Notes under the pieces: model-generated
The model's input: only the letters and a program-made list of their open reading frames with translations
Databases searched by the model: none
Told to the model about the DNA's origin: nothing
Shown here: positions 25,728-39,604 of the stretch, in pieces
How the letters are laid out: the number at the start of each line of letters is the position of its first letter
Numbering within the stretch: the stretch's first letter is position 1
Source: Blasia pusilla
Lineage: Eukaryota
Assembly: GCA_050084515.1 (NCBI GenBank)
Contig: CM114271.1
Location: 28,396,001-28,460,000 of the forward strand
DNA: 64,000 bases
Reading direction: 5' to 3'
Translations under genes and position numbers: made by a program

Positions 25728-26244
25728 AATAAATTTGATAAAACGTATCTTCCCTCTATACTACCTTACTTCACCCATACAACGCACGGGCACCTTACTA
25801 GTATATGAGGTTGTGTGGTATAGGTGAAACACATAAACGTCACTATACACTCATTTTTTGCCTACCATCGGGCAACGGGATCCGGGCATGAAAAAAAACC
25901 ATGTTCATAACTATAAATGAAATTCCCCAAAAGATTAACACATGGCAAGGCTAGGTGAGGAGGTTCGACTATTGTGAGCTTGGAGGGCTCAGTTCTAGCA
26001 TGGCTTAAGGCAAATCTTTTGTCCTTCAGGGAGTACATGCCCAAAAATTATTCGTAGGACTCAGAATTAAGGCATCCTAATCTCCACCCGATAGGAAAGT
26101 CTGTAGGGAGCACAAAAAATGCTCGAAATCCCAAAAAAACCCAAACCTGTTAGATAGTCCATCTTTTTGGATCACCCAAACTTATCTTAAGATACTAGGC
26201 CATCATGAATGAATACATGAACTCTCTATCAACGCTCTGACATT

Positions 26245-26247
<3 letters not shown>

Positions 26248-26316
<69 letters not shown>
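26248..26316. repeat. (CT)n microsatellite, about 34 units
   Basis: Uninterrupted CT run. Confidence 0.98.
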
Positions 26317-26319
<3 letters not shown>

Positions 26320-29300
26320 TCTCCAACCAGTCCAGCACCGTCCAGCAGGGGATCTATGGTCATAAGGCTACGACAAGCACTACTTAATCAGTATAGTCTC
26401 CCTTTGGGCTCATAGAGTCTCTTGCTCCTCCATCCCACACAAACGCACAAGCATCTACGCCAAGATTCAGCACGAGTGCCGAAAGTCATACGAGGGGGAT
26501 AACGTTTCTCCTCATACCTCTTGTTTTGAAGAAGAAGAAGTTTGTGTGACGGACATCAACTTTGGGTAGATAGAGAGAGGTTGGAAATTTACCTACAATA
26601 ATGATATTCATAATTTCTATATATTATAATTTTCTTTTGACTTTCAGATACGACTTCAACATGGGTCAAGAGGATTATTGAATTCCAAGAATCCAATATT
26701 TATCTTTCAAAGGCGGATATTCCGAGCCTCTCGCGGGACTCCAATCTTATTTAGAAAGGAGATTGAGTGAGCCAATCCGTCTACTTGTAAGCCTAATTAG
26801 AGCGGAGACTCTTATGCTCGCAATAGTTGTTTCTTGACAAACATGGGTTAAGTTGGATTTTATCAAAATTTGAGATGAATTGGCCTACTTGGTGAATCCA
26901 TTAAAAGAGGGTCTCTCTCACTCTTGCCGTAGTAACACAATAAGGAATTTTTGTTTGATGTCAATGTGAGATTCTCCTCAATCCGCATAGAAATATGGAG
27001 TTGCGATTTTGGTTGACTCTTTCTATGAGGACTAACTAGAACAGTCTGACGTCGTTCATTGAGCGTAATTGATATATACATGGGAACACGGCTCTTGAAC
27101 CATTTTTCTTGATAGCTTTGTGGATGCAAAAAATACTATCTCTTGTTTTGTGGAAAGTGCTTTGCTCATTTGAGAGGAAATTTAGCAAGGATCACGAAAA
27201 CGTGGATCTCCATGGAGCGTTGGTGGTCAGGACATCAACCTCATGCAATCTTGAACTATTGGAATTTGTTACTATTGATAATTCCTTCTCTTGAACATTC
27301 GCAATAGATTTGGTAAGATCCATCAACACAAAAGATGATGGTGGCGGCCATCATCTTTTGTGAGGGAGCATCATGGTTTGTACAAGAGTTGGGTAGCACT
27401 CGACTTCGCAAGAACGTCTTGGGGTGGCAATCAAACAGTGTAAAGATTCCTTTCTTGCAACACCATCAAATCGTTATTAGCCAATGTTGCATATGGACAA
27501 ATTCAGTATCCAAGGATGTGTCTATGTCTGTGGACTTAAGTTCGTCCTATGAAAGGACTTGTCCATATGGGCCCCACCTTCCCCTTCTTTCTCATCCCCC
27601 CCCACTTGCCCAAATGTTTCATACTTTCCTATTTCCTCCTCCCTCCATCTCCACTTCTTCCCTCCTTATTAACGTACTCGCCGTTGCCCTACCTTCCATC
27701 GTAAACTACAAGTGCATGCCCCACCTATTGCAATCCACGTCCGTCCTAGGGATGGACTTATCTATTTTTGTGCAACCATATAACTAGCTGATTGTAACGC
27801 TTTCAAGTCCTAATAAGATTTTGGTAACAATCACATACATCCTAGCAAATTAAAAGAAAAAAACCACCTAGAGCGTTGTTTCCCTCTACCACAACTCCAA
27901 CTTCACACACTCCACGCTCCTTAATTCCAACTTTCGTCGTAAATCAAGTATGGAAACTATTAGAGATACCTCAATTATACCAAAGCTACTTTAGTAACTA
28001 TCACAACCATGTGTAGATACAGGAGTGAAGAAACTCACAAAGTGACATATGAACAATATCACATAGCCAATAACACAAGAACATGTGTGTGGATTAACGA
28101 GTCTATGTAGATCCCCTTCGAGCCGCCAATTAAAGCATGGCACATGTTTGCTGGATAAGGTTAGAGATTATGATGTCCATAAGGTAAGACTATGCATAAT
28201 TTATATTGGAACGGGCGACCCTATGTGGACATGAGACAAAATAGTGAGAAAGTAAGGCAAAATAGCAACATGCCAACAATTTTGCTATTTTTTCTTCTCC
28301 GTTAAAATTTATTATCCCTCCCTTCGTAGTGGAGGAAACTAAATTGTAATGGAGAAGGAGTAGGTATTGTTTAAATTTTATGGAATGATGACATTATTTA
28401 GGGTAGTGAGGTGTCATTTAAACTTTAATCGAGGAGTGGAAATACTTAGAAGAGAAAATATTATTACTCTTCTAAGATTTAAGAAAGTATAATTCTATTT
28501 AAATTTTGGAAATAAAAATATGATTTTTAAAAAGGTATTAGGATTAATTAAAATTTGACATTTTGGGAAAGTAAATAAATTTTCAAGGAAAAGTAAATGA
28601 TTTCATTACATAAATTTAATTAATAATTTAGTTAGTGGATGTTATTTTGGTGGAAAGAGTAGAAGGGGAAGAATAAACATTGTTTAAACTTTTATGGATG
28701 AGTGAAACTGTGAAATTATTTAGGGAAATTGGGTATTCTTTAAATTTTAATTGAATAGTAAAATTATTTTAAAAGTGATTTTTTATTGATATTTTAAGAG
28801 TTTGAAATTATAATTGTTTTTTAATTATTATAAAACCATTTTATAGTTTTTAAACATAATTTCTTTATTGTAGAGAATATTTTTCTTACATTTAGCAGTC
28901 CCCATGTGCAATATTATTAGCAACAGAGTTATCAATAACAAACATCTCTCTACTCGAGACTTGCCTTTTGGGGGTTGTCACTCCTTTGGGATTGTCTAAT
29001 GTTTCCTTTAATTAAACTAGATGAAAAAAAGGCTTCTTTCCTTCAATCCGACTAGTGTTTCATCAATCATTCTATTAAGGGCGTTAGCTCACTTTGAAGA
29101 CCAATTAATAAATTACGCCTATCATTTTTGGCCATGCACTCAGTTAAAAAAATACCCTATACTAAGCAGAAAAAAGAATTAAGTCATTCTTATTTACTTA
29201 TAATAATAATAATAATAATTTAACTCAAATTCAAACATCTTCCCCGATGAAATCTTCTACAGTCTTTTCTATTTTTATTATCTTTTCTTATTTGAAAAAT

Positions 29301-32047
29301 TCAAATTCTCTCTTCAAGGTTCATGCCAACAAAATTATGACAAAATTTAATTTAGTTTTGAAGGAAAATTAATTGGGAACAAATGAAAAGGATAATATGA
29401 CACTAATGGTACAATAATCATTCTTCAAACTAATTATACACATATTATTTCTATATTAATTTTCTATTTTCAACTTGAGATAAAAAATTAATCCCTATTT
29501 TGGAAAACAAGTGTGCGGCCTATACTAGTCTTGAATGGATGGGGTGATTAAGCCAAACTTTCCTAGTAAGTAGAAAAAGATAAACATAAGTAGTTACATC
29601 TGCGTATGTAAAAAAAAAAAGAAGGGAAGTAAGTACACTAGTAGCTGTACGTGTGCATCTATGCTTAATTTTGATTAAAATAGGGGTTGGTGTTGAGGTA
29701 GTACGTTGCAATTTTTTTGATAGATAGATACATTGTATTATGTGATAATCATTACATAGGTCATACCATAGAGGTACTTATGGAGAGCCAACCTATTACA
29801 ATTATATGCTCTTCCTCCCATGATAATACTCTCACCAATCTGCACTCCAATCCCTTTTATTGTTAACTCTTTTGTTCATTATCTTCTTGTGCTTTGTATT
29901 AGACTTGACTGAATGAATTGTAATGATTCATGTACACATCCTTCCATTTAGTTGTATCTAGTTGATTGTTGCTCTCCAGTCACAAGAAGAGGACTACCTA
30001 CTTTCATAGCAAGCACTATAGTGATTGATTTGTAAAACTCAAAACACTTCATCAACTCATATAACACTAACCATTGTTATACCAAGAACCTAACTTCACT
30101 CGACTTCAATTGTTGATTATGCGTTTAGAGAATTCATCATGCTTGCCATTCATGTTGTAGTTTCCGTAAATAAGATTTTCCCTTCCTTGGCATTGCTCTG
30201 ACTCTTATTCTGAGTGGCATGCACCACACTCAGAAGAAGCAAAAAAGTAAGCAGAACGGGTACATAGAACTCATAATCAACAATGCAAAGCACATATGGA
30301 GATGATAGCAAGCAAGAGAAGTGTATCACAAGACATAACAAGCAAGGAAGTTGATAAGGCAAAATGAAATTTGAACATGCATATGAAATAAGGATTCATG
30401 TAATCATTGTAACAAAAACTTTCCCAATTGTTTTTAAACAACATAGTACATCATACAACAGTGCCCAAGTGTAGAGGTGGTGCAAAAGATATATGTAGGA
30501 TAAAAACCTAGCATTACATTATTGGCTCAACGTTGTATGATCAATGTATTAGCAAAATCAGAATATGAGCAAACAAAAAATCTTCAAATTGTAAGAAGAT
30601 GATATGCCCAAAATTATAAAGAATGATTGCATAAATTAGGAGCAAATTATGCCTCAACTCTCTGAAAATTGTCTTCTACATGTTGTTGCAATGAAAAGAT
30701 CTTGAGTTAGAGTTAGTACCTTAAAAGTGAAGAATACAAGTTAACATACACAAAGCTACATGCATATAAGAAATCATATGCTAGATGGAGCAAGGGGATG
30801 TGTACCTCACATGTACTCTTGCATTTGTTGGAAGACTGAAGAGTAGAGTTATAGTCAGAGGCATTGTTTGATCCAGAAGTAAAACAAATTGAAGTGCTTG
30901 ATGGCAAATCACGATTTGGTTCAGATGTTGCATCTTAACTAGAATTATGAGATAGGATGATCACATCATCAAACTCGAGCAAAAGGGGAAAGTGATTCGG
31001 ATTCTCCACATCTATAGGTAACGATTAACATATGGAAGATGGCCATTATCTTCAGCTAGTTTAATCTTGTCAATCAGATGGTTTGCTTTTGCTAATGAGA
31101 GATTTAAGAGCATTTTACCGTACAGGAGATGCATCTGATGCCTTACGATACATAGCTACTCTAGCATGATGCCTCATGACAGTATGTTGAATAGGCATGG
31201 TACATATTTTATTTTCAGACTAGTCTCTTTGAAATCCACATTCTTGAATTTCAAGGCCTCCTCTTGAATGGTTGTACACAAGAATAACTATTACTCATGC
31301 ATAGAGCTCAAGATTGCCATGATGAAAAAAAACAATCTAGACAAGCACCAAATGAGAAGGTAGGAAGCACTTGATGTCGTTACATTCTTTTTGATACGTC
31401 AGAATTTAGAATCCCATATCTACCCATGGTTTGTGAGTGTATGGATTTTCTTGCTAGTCACCCCGTGCTTCCAGAAAGTTGGGACCATGCCTAGATTATC
31501 CACATACTTAATCTAATTCTCAATTCAGAGAATGAAACGTGGCTTGTACTCGACACGCTAAGCTTTGATGTCACTCAAATAATGCTCACGAAATCAAGAT
31601 AGCTTGAAAGCTCTTGGTAAGAACGTGTTAGAAGAAACAAGGATGGATAATAAAAAAAGCAAGGCTGAATATGGGCAATTAACTACCTCAAGTGAAGCCC
31701 TCTCAATTTGATGATGCTCATTTTTTAAAGCACTATAGGTAGTATATCTTAGTTAGTCTCATGCTGGTGATGCATATTTTTTGAATGCACTATAGGCCTA
31801 GGTAGTACATTTGGGTTAGTCTCATGCTCAAACAACGATATATGTACTTGCTGAGAGACATAAGATGAGGTCCTAGCAACTCGCCCTCGAGTATATTTTC
31901 CTCTTGTTGAAATCTTGCCAAGACAACTGGAAAAAAAAAGAAATTGGAAAATTGGTACAAATCAAGTGAGTTGGCCTAGAATATCGAAATCAGAAGGCTG
32001 AAGTCGACCTAGTATTTGGAACTTAGTTCTTGTTCTAAGTTATAGCT

Positions 32048-32908
32048 ATGGGTATTCTTGAAGTTTCACACTTTGATCTTGCCCAGCCTTTTGGTGGGAA
32101 ACTATTAGTCCTAGTTGGAGGTCCTTGCCAACTACCACCTATATGCAGCCATAGGGCTTTGACATATTGCTGTAACTGCCACATCAACTCATCCACATTT
32201 CTCACATTCGCTATATCCTACCAAATAGTCTCGCTTATGTGTCACTCGGAGGATCCCCCTTTCAATGAGCTTATCAACTCAATTATGAAAAAAAATTATC
32301 TATTGAATCTTAGATACATGGATGCCTCAGACCTTGCTTTATTTACGAAGATGAAGCAATAGACTATGTATCTTCATATACCACAATTGTTTGCACACAT
32401 TGTGAAGACTTGTCAAATTTTAACCTACTAGCTTTAAGGCGAATGTTTGGTGATGCTTCAATTGTGAAAGTTGATGTTCTTACTGATGAACTAACATCCA
32501 CTCAATTTAGTTCATGGGAAAATCATTCTTCATTCCATCAAGTCATATTTTTTTCTAAGCACTGCAAGGTTATACTTACATCAAACATCAACTTGAAAAT
32601 AAAAACAACTAATGGTTTAATTTGTTTTGTTTTTTATCTTCTTTATGAAGATAATATGTTAGTTAAGATTATTATCAAGCTTCATTCCAATGGAAAATCC
32701 ATTTTTATTACTAGAGCCAACTTCTCAACACCAAGGTATGACTCAACCCATAAATATACTAAGAGAACATTTCCTCTAGTATTAGAATACACCATGACAA
32801 CTCATAAGAGTCGGGGCTCCACAATAGTTGGTCCATGCTTACTTGTTACTAGGTCTATCTTTGCATTCGGACTAGCATATATTATGCTCTCACGTGTTGG
32901 TAGTAGAT
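32048..32908 (+). pseudogene. PIF1-type helicase C-terminal part of a third Helitron-like element (inverted segment)
   Basis: QPFGGKLLVLVGGPCQLPPI, KVILTSNIN...NG, FPLVLEYTMTTHKSRGST, FAFGLAYIMLSRV. Confidence 0.8.
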
Positions 32909-33650
32909 CACCACATATAGGAATAGCAAATTTTCAATGGACTATTGTTGCGAGTGGATGGAGACGTACAACAACAATACATGTTGTCATAGAAAGTAAT
33001 CGCGAAATTTTTGTGGAAGACCAAATTTGTACATAAATTGTAGAAAGAAGGACTTGACACAACTTTTAGGTCTAGAAAGGACTACTAGGCCAGATTCTAC
33101 ATGCCTAAGCTTCATGAAAAGCACGTGTTGTTATTCATTGGGTAAGTGTGGATGAGGATTACTAACTTCTACATCTCGAACTACTTGGCTAGTATGATGA
33201 GAGCATGTTTGGCTGGAGAGCACGGTAGTTAGATCAATAGCTATTTTAGCCTGAAGGATGTCTATATCTTTCACTAAAATTTCAGCCTCATGAAACTGGC
33301 TCCACCAATTGTGAGGTGCATGGCATTTACTCAAGTCATGTATCTTATTCGTAAATTTGATAACCCCCCTATGAACACACTCATGTAAGTATGTCCATCC
33401 ATCAGCTTGGTATAAGAGGATGTGCTCCTCTAAACAAAACACTATATAGTCTAGTAGAATTGCATAAAATAACTCATTCCATTGATACAGAGGATGGAAC
33501 TTTGTAAAGAGAACAATTCGATTTGATCTAGCTACAATGTTGCCCAAGTTATCAAGGCCGATGATGTCCCTCTCCTGTTTACTTAGAATACCATAATGTG
33601 AATAGTATGAGGTTAGTATTCACACTATTGAGAAACCTCCAAGTATTCCT
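32909..33650 (-). pseudogene. Helitron-like Rep C-terminus and helicase N-terminus (third element)
   Basis: GLDNLGNIV...LFTKFHP...LFYAILL...YLHECVHRG, followed by decayed Walker A region GLVVLSRPKSCVKSFFL and motif Ia-like LLSMTTCIVVVRL...TIVH*KFAIP. Confidence 0.6.
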
Positions 33651-33822
33651 ATTATACTAGAAGAAATCATATAATATATGACTTTGATGTATGACTAGAC
33701 TCAGTCATATATTATGGTAAATGACTGATTATGACTCATTATCATTAGAATTATATAAACTAAGGCATTTACATGTAATGACTAAGTCTACCCAGATGGT
33801 ATATGACTAGCGTCATGTGGTA

Positions 33823-34408
33823 CTGAGTTATCTGTACCTATATACACAAGATTAAATTCTCCTACAAGCACTTTCTCTCTGATGAAATGACAGAGCACTT
33901 CAACATATTTTGTACGAGCATGAAACACAGGATTATTACCAAGCTTGATGCTACTAATGTTGTCTGCATATATTATAATAGGTCATAAGTTACTAATACC
34001 AATCTCAATAAGTAATCGATGAAGCCACATTGCCTCACATGTTGCATTGGTTGCTCCTCTATATTCAACATCTGTTGAAAATAAAACAACTGTAGTTTGC
34101 TTATTTAAAGCCCAACTTATAACTGCGATTCCTAAAGTAAATAAATAACCAGATGTGGAGTCTCAATCAGTCACGCTTCCTTCCCAATGAGCATCTGTGA
34201 ATCCCTGTAATTATAAACTCGGAGAAGGTTCAAATTGAAGCCCGAATTGAACAGAGAATTTCCCATATTGCATAATCCTCCTCACAATACCAAGGTGAAA
34301 TTTGTGAGGTGCTTGCATTAATAAGGTCACTATGCCAACTACATAACTCAAATCTGACATGGTTATAGTCAGATAGATCAAACTTCCAACCATGCGTTAT
34401 TTATATTA
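33823..34408 (-). pseudogene. Copia C RT C-terminus/RNase H
   Basis: MVGSLIYLTIT..DLSYVV, NPVFHARTKYVE..HFIREKV. Confidence 0.85.
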
Positions 34409-34413
34409 GAATC

Positions 34414-34818
34414 TGTTGGATTCTCAATATCCATTTCTCTGAGCACCATTAATTTGATCCGCTCCCTTGTATGAGGAGAAGTCAAGATTGATGGTTCCGA
34501 CCTAGACGTCGAAGGAGTCATAGTAATATAACGTATGTGGTTTTAAGAGTAGCGTTACTAGGATTATCTAACCCTATATTACATCAAGATGCGAGGCATC
34601 CTGATGCAATTTTTTCTATTAATAGAAACAAATACCCTAGTTTCCTGAGTAGTGAAATAGTCGGGAGCCGCAGCGGTAGCGCATTCTCGTATGTCGAGTT
34701 ATCTCCATGTTTAGGTTCCATCGAAGCTCTTATGTGAGCGCACAAACATACTAGGCCACTTTGTATCTCTAAGTTTTGTAAAGATTTAAGTGATTCCATC
34801 ACTTTTTGTTTTCTCACA
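34414..34818 (+). repeat. Copia D 5' LTR
   Basis: TGTTGG...CTCACA; matches 38944-39436. Confidence 0.95.
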
Positions 34819-34829
34819 TGGTATCAGAG
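34819..34829 (+). other. Primer-binding site (initiator tRNA-Met)
   Basis: TGGTATCAGAG immediately after the 5' LTR. Confidence 0.9.
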
Positions 34830-34890
34830 TAATAGGTTTTCCAATATTTTTTATCTGGCGATCTAGTGTGTTTGCACAAAATCTTGAGAG

Positions 34891-37800
34891 ATGGCTACTT
34901 ATTCGTCACTTCGTGTCGGCCCTCATCCGCTGGATGAAGGGAAGTTAGATGGATCTAACTATACATTGTGGAAGTTCAAAATGAGAACTTTCCTCGAATC
35001 ATTTGAGATCTGGGAGACGTCCACACGGGCCAATTCGAATCCACAAGCTACTTTGAGTTCTGCATGCTTATCTTCATCTAGGAATATCGATCATGTTGTA
35101 TTGTTGGCATGGAAACGCAGAAACGCTGATGCTCTATATGCGATTGTCACAAATGTAACTAATTTTGTCATGACTCTCATTCAACATACAACCACTACTG
35201 CTGAGGCTTGGAACATTATGAAGAATCAGTATGAAACGAGGAATGAGACTCGTATTTAGAATATGGAGAATCAGCTTACGTTTGAGAAATTTTCAAAAGG
35301 AGAAAGCGCGGAGCAATTTTTGACAAGGATAAAAAAATCCTCAAGATCAGATGGGGTCCGTAGGAATTTCAAAGTCTAGCAAAGATTTGGCACGTCCGTG
35401 CATAAGGATTTTGCCTCCAAGGTATGACATTTTGGTCACTGCATTGAATTATGGAGTAAGACCCATGCCGCTTACTTTTGAAGAATTTGGCGCAATCTTG
35501 GTACAAGAGGAAATGCGCTTCAAAGCAAGAGAAGGAAGTGATGCAACATTTAGTGCCAATATACAAAGAGGTAGAAATCAAGATTACAGTTCAAATGTCA
35601 AGAAGAAAATTCCAAGGAAATCCTTCAAATACTTTTATTGTGGTAAGCTAGGTCATCTTATCAAAGATTGTAGAAAGAGGAGTTTGGATGAGAAGAACGG
35701 TTGTTTAAGACCTAAGAAGGAGTCTGGAAATTTGGTAGAACTAGTGGAACATGAAGTAGATGTTTGGGTAGCAATCGAAGAGTTTTGCACACAGGTAGAA
35801 CATTCCACTAAGTCAAAGAATGAAGATGCATGGGTGCTTGATAGTGGAGTATCTAGGCATATGACCAATCATAAGGATTGGTATAGCTCCTTACAGCGTG
35901 TACAGGAGCCCATCGTTGTTACTCTTGGGAATAATGCAAAGTGCCTTTTAGAAGGGAAAGACACAATTTCTTTAGTCTCGCAAAAAGGAGACGAAAAGAA
36001 GTTAATTGATGTATTGTATGTACCAGAGTTGAAGCAAATTTTGATTTTAGTAGCAACATTATATGATCGTGACCTAGAAGTTTGTTTCAAGAAAACTGGA
36101 GCAGTCATTGAGGATGCCAATGGGAAAGTAGTGGGTAAAGGTATACGACGTGGAAATATCTACGAGTTTTATGCTTTCACGACAAGCGTAGGTACAGATC
36201 TTAGTAGCAGTAAGTTGTGGCATGAAAGATTTGTTCACCTAAGCTTTCCCTTACTAAGTCAGATGCAAAAATTTGGCATAATTGTTGATTTACCAACAAC
36301 TTCTGAAGTGTCGGATACATGTGAAGCTTGTATGATGGGCAAGCAATACCGACAACCATTTCCACAAGAGTCCAGTAATAGAGAATAGGCTCCTCTAGAG
36401 CTGATTCATGTTGACCTCTATGGTAAAATGAGAACAGTGGCATTAGGTGGTTCTTCCTACTTATTTTTAGTTGTTGATGATTATATTAGGAAGATGTGAG
36501 TGTATTTCTTTCGTGATAAGGCAAGAGCTTTTGGAAAATTTAAAGTATGGCACAAGCTGGTTGAGAATGAGACAGGAAAGAAGGTACAAAAGCTTTGCAC
36601 CGATCGAGGAGGAGAATTCTTATCAACATAATTCAACAAATATTTGGGGGAGCATGGAATCAAGCGACAGTTAACCACGGCACATATACCACAACAAAAT
36701 GGAGTTGTTGAGCGTCGAAACCGTACAATGGTGGAGATGGCAAGATGTATGATGAAAGTAAAAGGTTTGATAGAAGGATTTTGGGTTGAAGCTATTAATA
36801 TTGCCATTTACATTTTAAATAGAAGTGCTACCAAGTGAGTGCAAGGCATGACTCCTCATCAATCATACTCAAGTAAGGTACCATCAGTCCAACATTTCAG
36901 GACTTTTGGTAGTGAGTGCTTTGTATATATTCCTGAAGCATCTAGGACCAAGTTGGAGTCCAAGAGCAGGAAGTGCATCTTTATGGGATATAGTGATGAG
37001 TCTAAAGCTTATCGCCTATGATGTCCTGAGGCAAAGAAGATAATCGTGAGTCGTGATGTGGTATTCCAAGAACAACCTCGTCAAGTGGCGGAAATTAGTG
37101 GTCCGTCCACATTATCATCAAACGAAGAGATAACCTACTAAAGCACACCGCCAATGTTTACACCAGATCATCAAGAAGAAGAATTTGATGATGATTACAA
37201 AGAGCAGCATGCTCTTCCACTGCGGTTGTCATATCCTAAGTGGATCAAGCAACTCTTGGATGGTAAGGATCCACCAGCAACTGATGAAGTTGTTACACAT
37301 CCAAGAAGATCCAAGAGACTAGAGGAGGAGAAGAGAGCTTCCGCACATCTCGTCAACATGGCCTTGATGACAGAGGTCTTGAAGGTGGAAGAGGCATTAT
37401 GCTTGGATGAGGCCCTTGCTCATCCTCAATGGAGAGAGGCTATGCAGATGGAGATGGACACTATTCAGAGAGATGAAACTTGGACTTTGGTTGAGAAGCC
37501 AAAGGACAAGAAGATAATACGCACCAAGTGGGTGTACAAGACCAAGTACAAGTCGGACTGTATATTGGATAAATTCAATGCGAGGTTGGTTGCACAAGGA
37601 TGCTCACAAATCAAAGGTTTTGACTTCTATGAGACTTTTGCTCCTACTGCAAGGATGACAACCATTCGAATTGTTTTAGCGATTGCAGGAACAAGACGTT
37701 GGCATGTATACCAATATGATGTGAAGTCTGTCTTTCTCAATGGGAGTCTCAAGGAGGAGGTGTATGTATCTCAACAACCAGGTTTTGAGACAACCGGATC

Positions 37801-38911
37801 AGAAGAGAAAGTTTGTTTAATTCATCAAGCATTGTATGGGTTGAAGCAAGCCCCAAGGGTATGGTATCAGCGAATAGATACATTCTTCCGAGAGAAGGGT
37901 CTCATCATGAGTCCGTCAGAAGCAAATTTGTATGTGTTTTGCGAAGATGGGATGTATATGTTGATAGTCATGTATCTAGATGATCTTATCATCACTAGAG
38001 ACCACAGTAAGAAAATAGAGGAAATCAAGGGAGTGTTTAAATCTGAGTTTGAGATGTCAGATTTAGGCCTTTTGCACTACTTTATAGGGTTGGAGATTTT
38101 GCAATAGTCAGATTCTATTTTTCTCTCTGAGCAAAAGTATGGTAGAGAAATCTTGAAGGCATTCGGGATGACCGAGTGCAAGGAAGTGGTCTCGCCAATG
38201 GAGGTAGAGTTGAAACTCTCGATAGAGGATGTTTTACCATTGGTACATGAAAAGTTGTACAGAAAGCTTGTAGGTGGTTTGATATTTTTGTGTAACACTA
38301 GATCAGACATTAGCTTCGTTGTGGGAGTGTTGAGTAGGTTCTCAACTAAGCCTCGTGAGAACCATTGGAAGGCAAGAATGCGTGTGTTGAAGTACATCAA
38401 AGGCACTATCGAGTACGGCATCACCTATGGAGTAGGGACGAAAATGACAGCTTTTTGTGACTCGGATTGGGAAGGAGATTCAGATTCTCGAAGATCAATT
38501 TCGAGTTATTGCTTCTTGGTAGGATCAGGCGTGGTGTCATGGGTTAGCAAGAAGCAACCTACAGTGGCTCTTTCTTGTACTGAGCCTAAATACAAGGCGG
38601 CTTGTTATGCGTCTTGTGAAGTTGTATGGTTGAGATGGATATTGGAGGACATAGGAGAAGCACAAGAAAGTGCTACTGTAATGTGGTTTGACAATCACAG
38701 TTGCATTGCCATAGCACATAATCCAGTGTTTCATGCTCTTACAAAGCACATAAAGATCCAGTATCATTTTTTTCGTGAATTGATCGAGAGAGAGGTTTTG
38801 AAGTTAGTCTATTGTCCAACAGAGGATAACCGTGCAGACATCTTCATGAAAGCTTTGAGCGAAGATCAACTTCACCGACATCTGAAGGGTCTTGGCATAG
38901 GTCCAAGATAG
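34891..38911 (+). pseudogene. Copia D gag-pol
   Basis: LDGSNYTLWKFKM; FYCGKLGHLIKDC; WVLDSGVSRHMT; LWHERFVH...CEAC; PQQNGVVERRNRT; KWVYKTK; YLDDL; SKKQPTVALS. Several stops and a frameshift near 35340. Confidence 0.95.
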
Positions 38912-38934
38912 TATTCCACATGAGAGTGGATATT

Positions 38935-38943
38935 GAGGGGGGA
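38935..38943 (+). other. Polypurine tract of Copia D
   Basis: GAGGGGGGA directly before the TG of the 3' LTR. Confidence 0.85.
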
Positions 38944-39436
38944 TGTTGGATTCTCAACATCCACTTCTTTGAGCATCATTAATCAAATCGGCCCCCTTGT
39001 ATGAGGAGAAGCCTAGATTGGTGGTTCCGACTAAGACGTCGATGGAGTCACAGTAATATGACGTAGGTGGTTTTAGGAGTAGCGTTACTAAGATTATCTA
39101 ACCCTATATTGCATCAGGATGCGGGGCACTCTGATGCATCATGGGAGTCCGGGGACGCAGCCCATGGATATGCCAAGACGACGCGGGGGTTCGAGGGTGC
39201 AGCCCCCGACAAAATATTTCTATTAATAGAAATGAAGAAAAATAGGTAAAAACCATAGTTTCTCGAGTAGTGAAATAGTCGGGAGCTATAGCGATAGCAC
39301 ATTCTCGTATGTCGAGGTATCTCCATGTTCAGGTTCCATCAAAGCTCTTGTGTGAGCGCACGGACGGACTAGGCTACTTTTTATCTCTAAGTTTTGTAAA
39401 GATTTGAGTGATTTCGTCACTTTATGTTTTCTCACA
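38944..39436 (+). repeat. Copia D 3' LTR
   Basis: Matches the 5' LTR plus an extra GC-rich block of about 75 bp. Confidence 0.95.
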
Positions 39437-39604
39437 GAATCTACAAGAAACTCTCCTTCATCCACTTTTAGCTTCACACTCTGGTCCAACGGTGTAGAGA
39501 TTGGCTTACAAGCCATCATCCCGAGTCCTTCATATCAAAATTTTCTTGTAATTTTAGCTTGACTTGTTGTACCATATCCTTACTACTCCGAGTAATCAAT
39601 ACGT

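Larger units (their letters stand above)
7422..25801 (+). mobile_element. Helitron B, full-length boundaries, interrupted by the Gypsy element at 14878-23410
   Basis: 5' A|TCTATACTATTAT at 7421/7422; 3' CCCATACAACGCACGGGCACCTTACTAG|T ending at 25801 (decayed form of a CCCGTGC-AAC-GCACGGG hairpin); A/T target with no TSD; RepHel in between. Confidence 0.85.
34414..39436 (+). mobile_element. Ty1/Copia element D, structurally complete but pseudogenised
   Basis: TG...CA LTRs, perfect 5-bp TSD GAATC (34409-34413 and 39437-39441), PBS, PPT, gag-PR-INT-RT-RH order. Confidence 0.97.

Noticed and set aside
29510-29670. Possible additional Helitron 3' ends (CTAG|T at 29525-29528 on plus; A|CTAG at 29638-29641 on minus)
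   Set aside because: Adjacent hairpins are weak and no matching 5' end can be assigned; CTAG occurs often by chance.
26400-32000. Host gene or identifiable TE in this interval
   Set aside because: Only short ORFs without recognisable motifs and long AT-rich tracts; cannot be assigned by eye.
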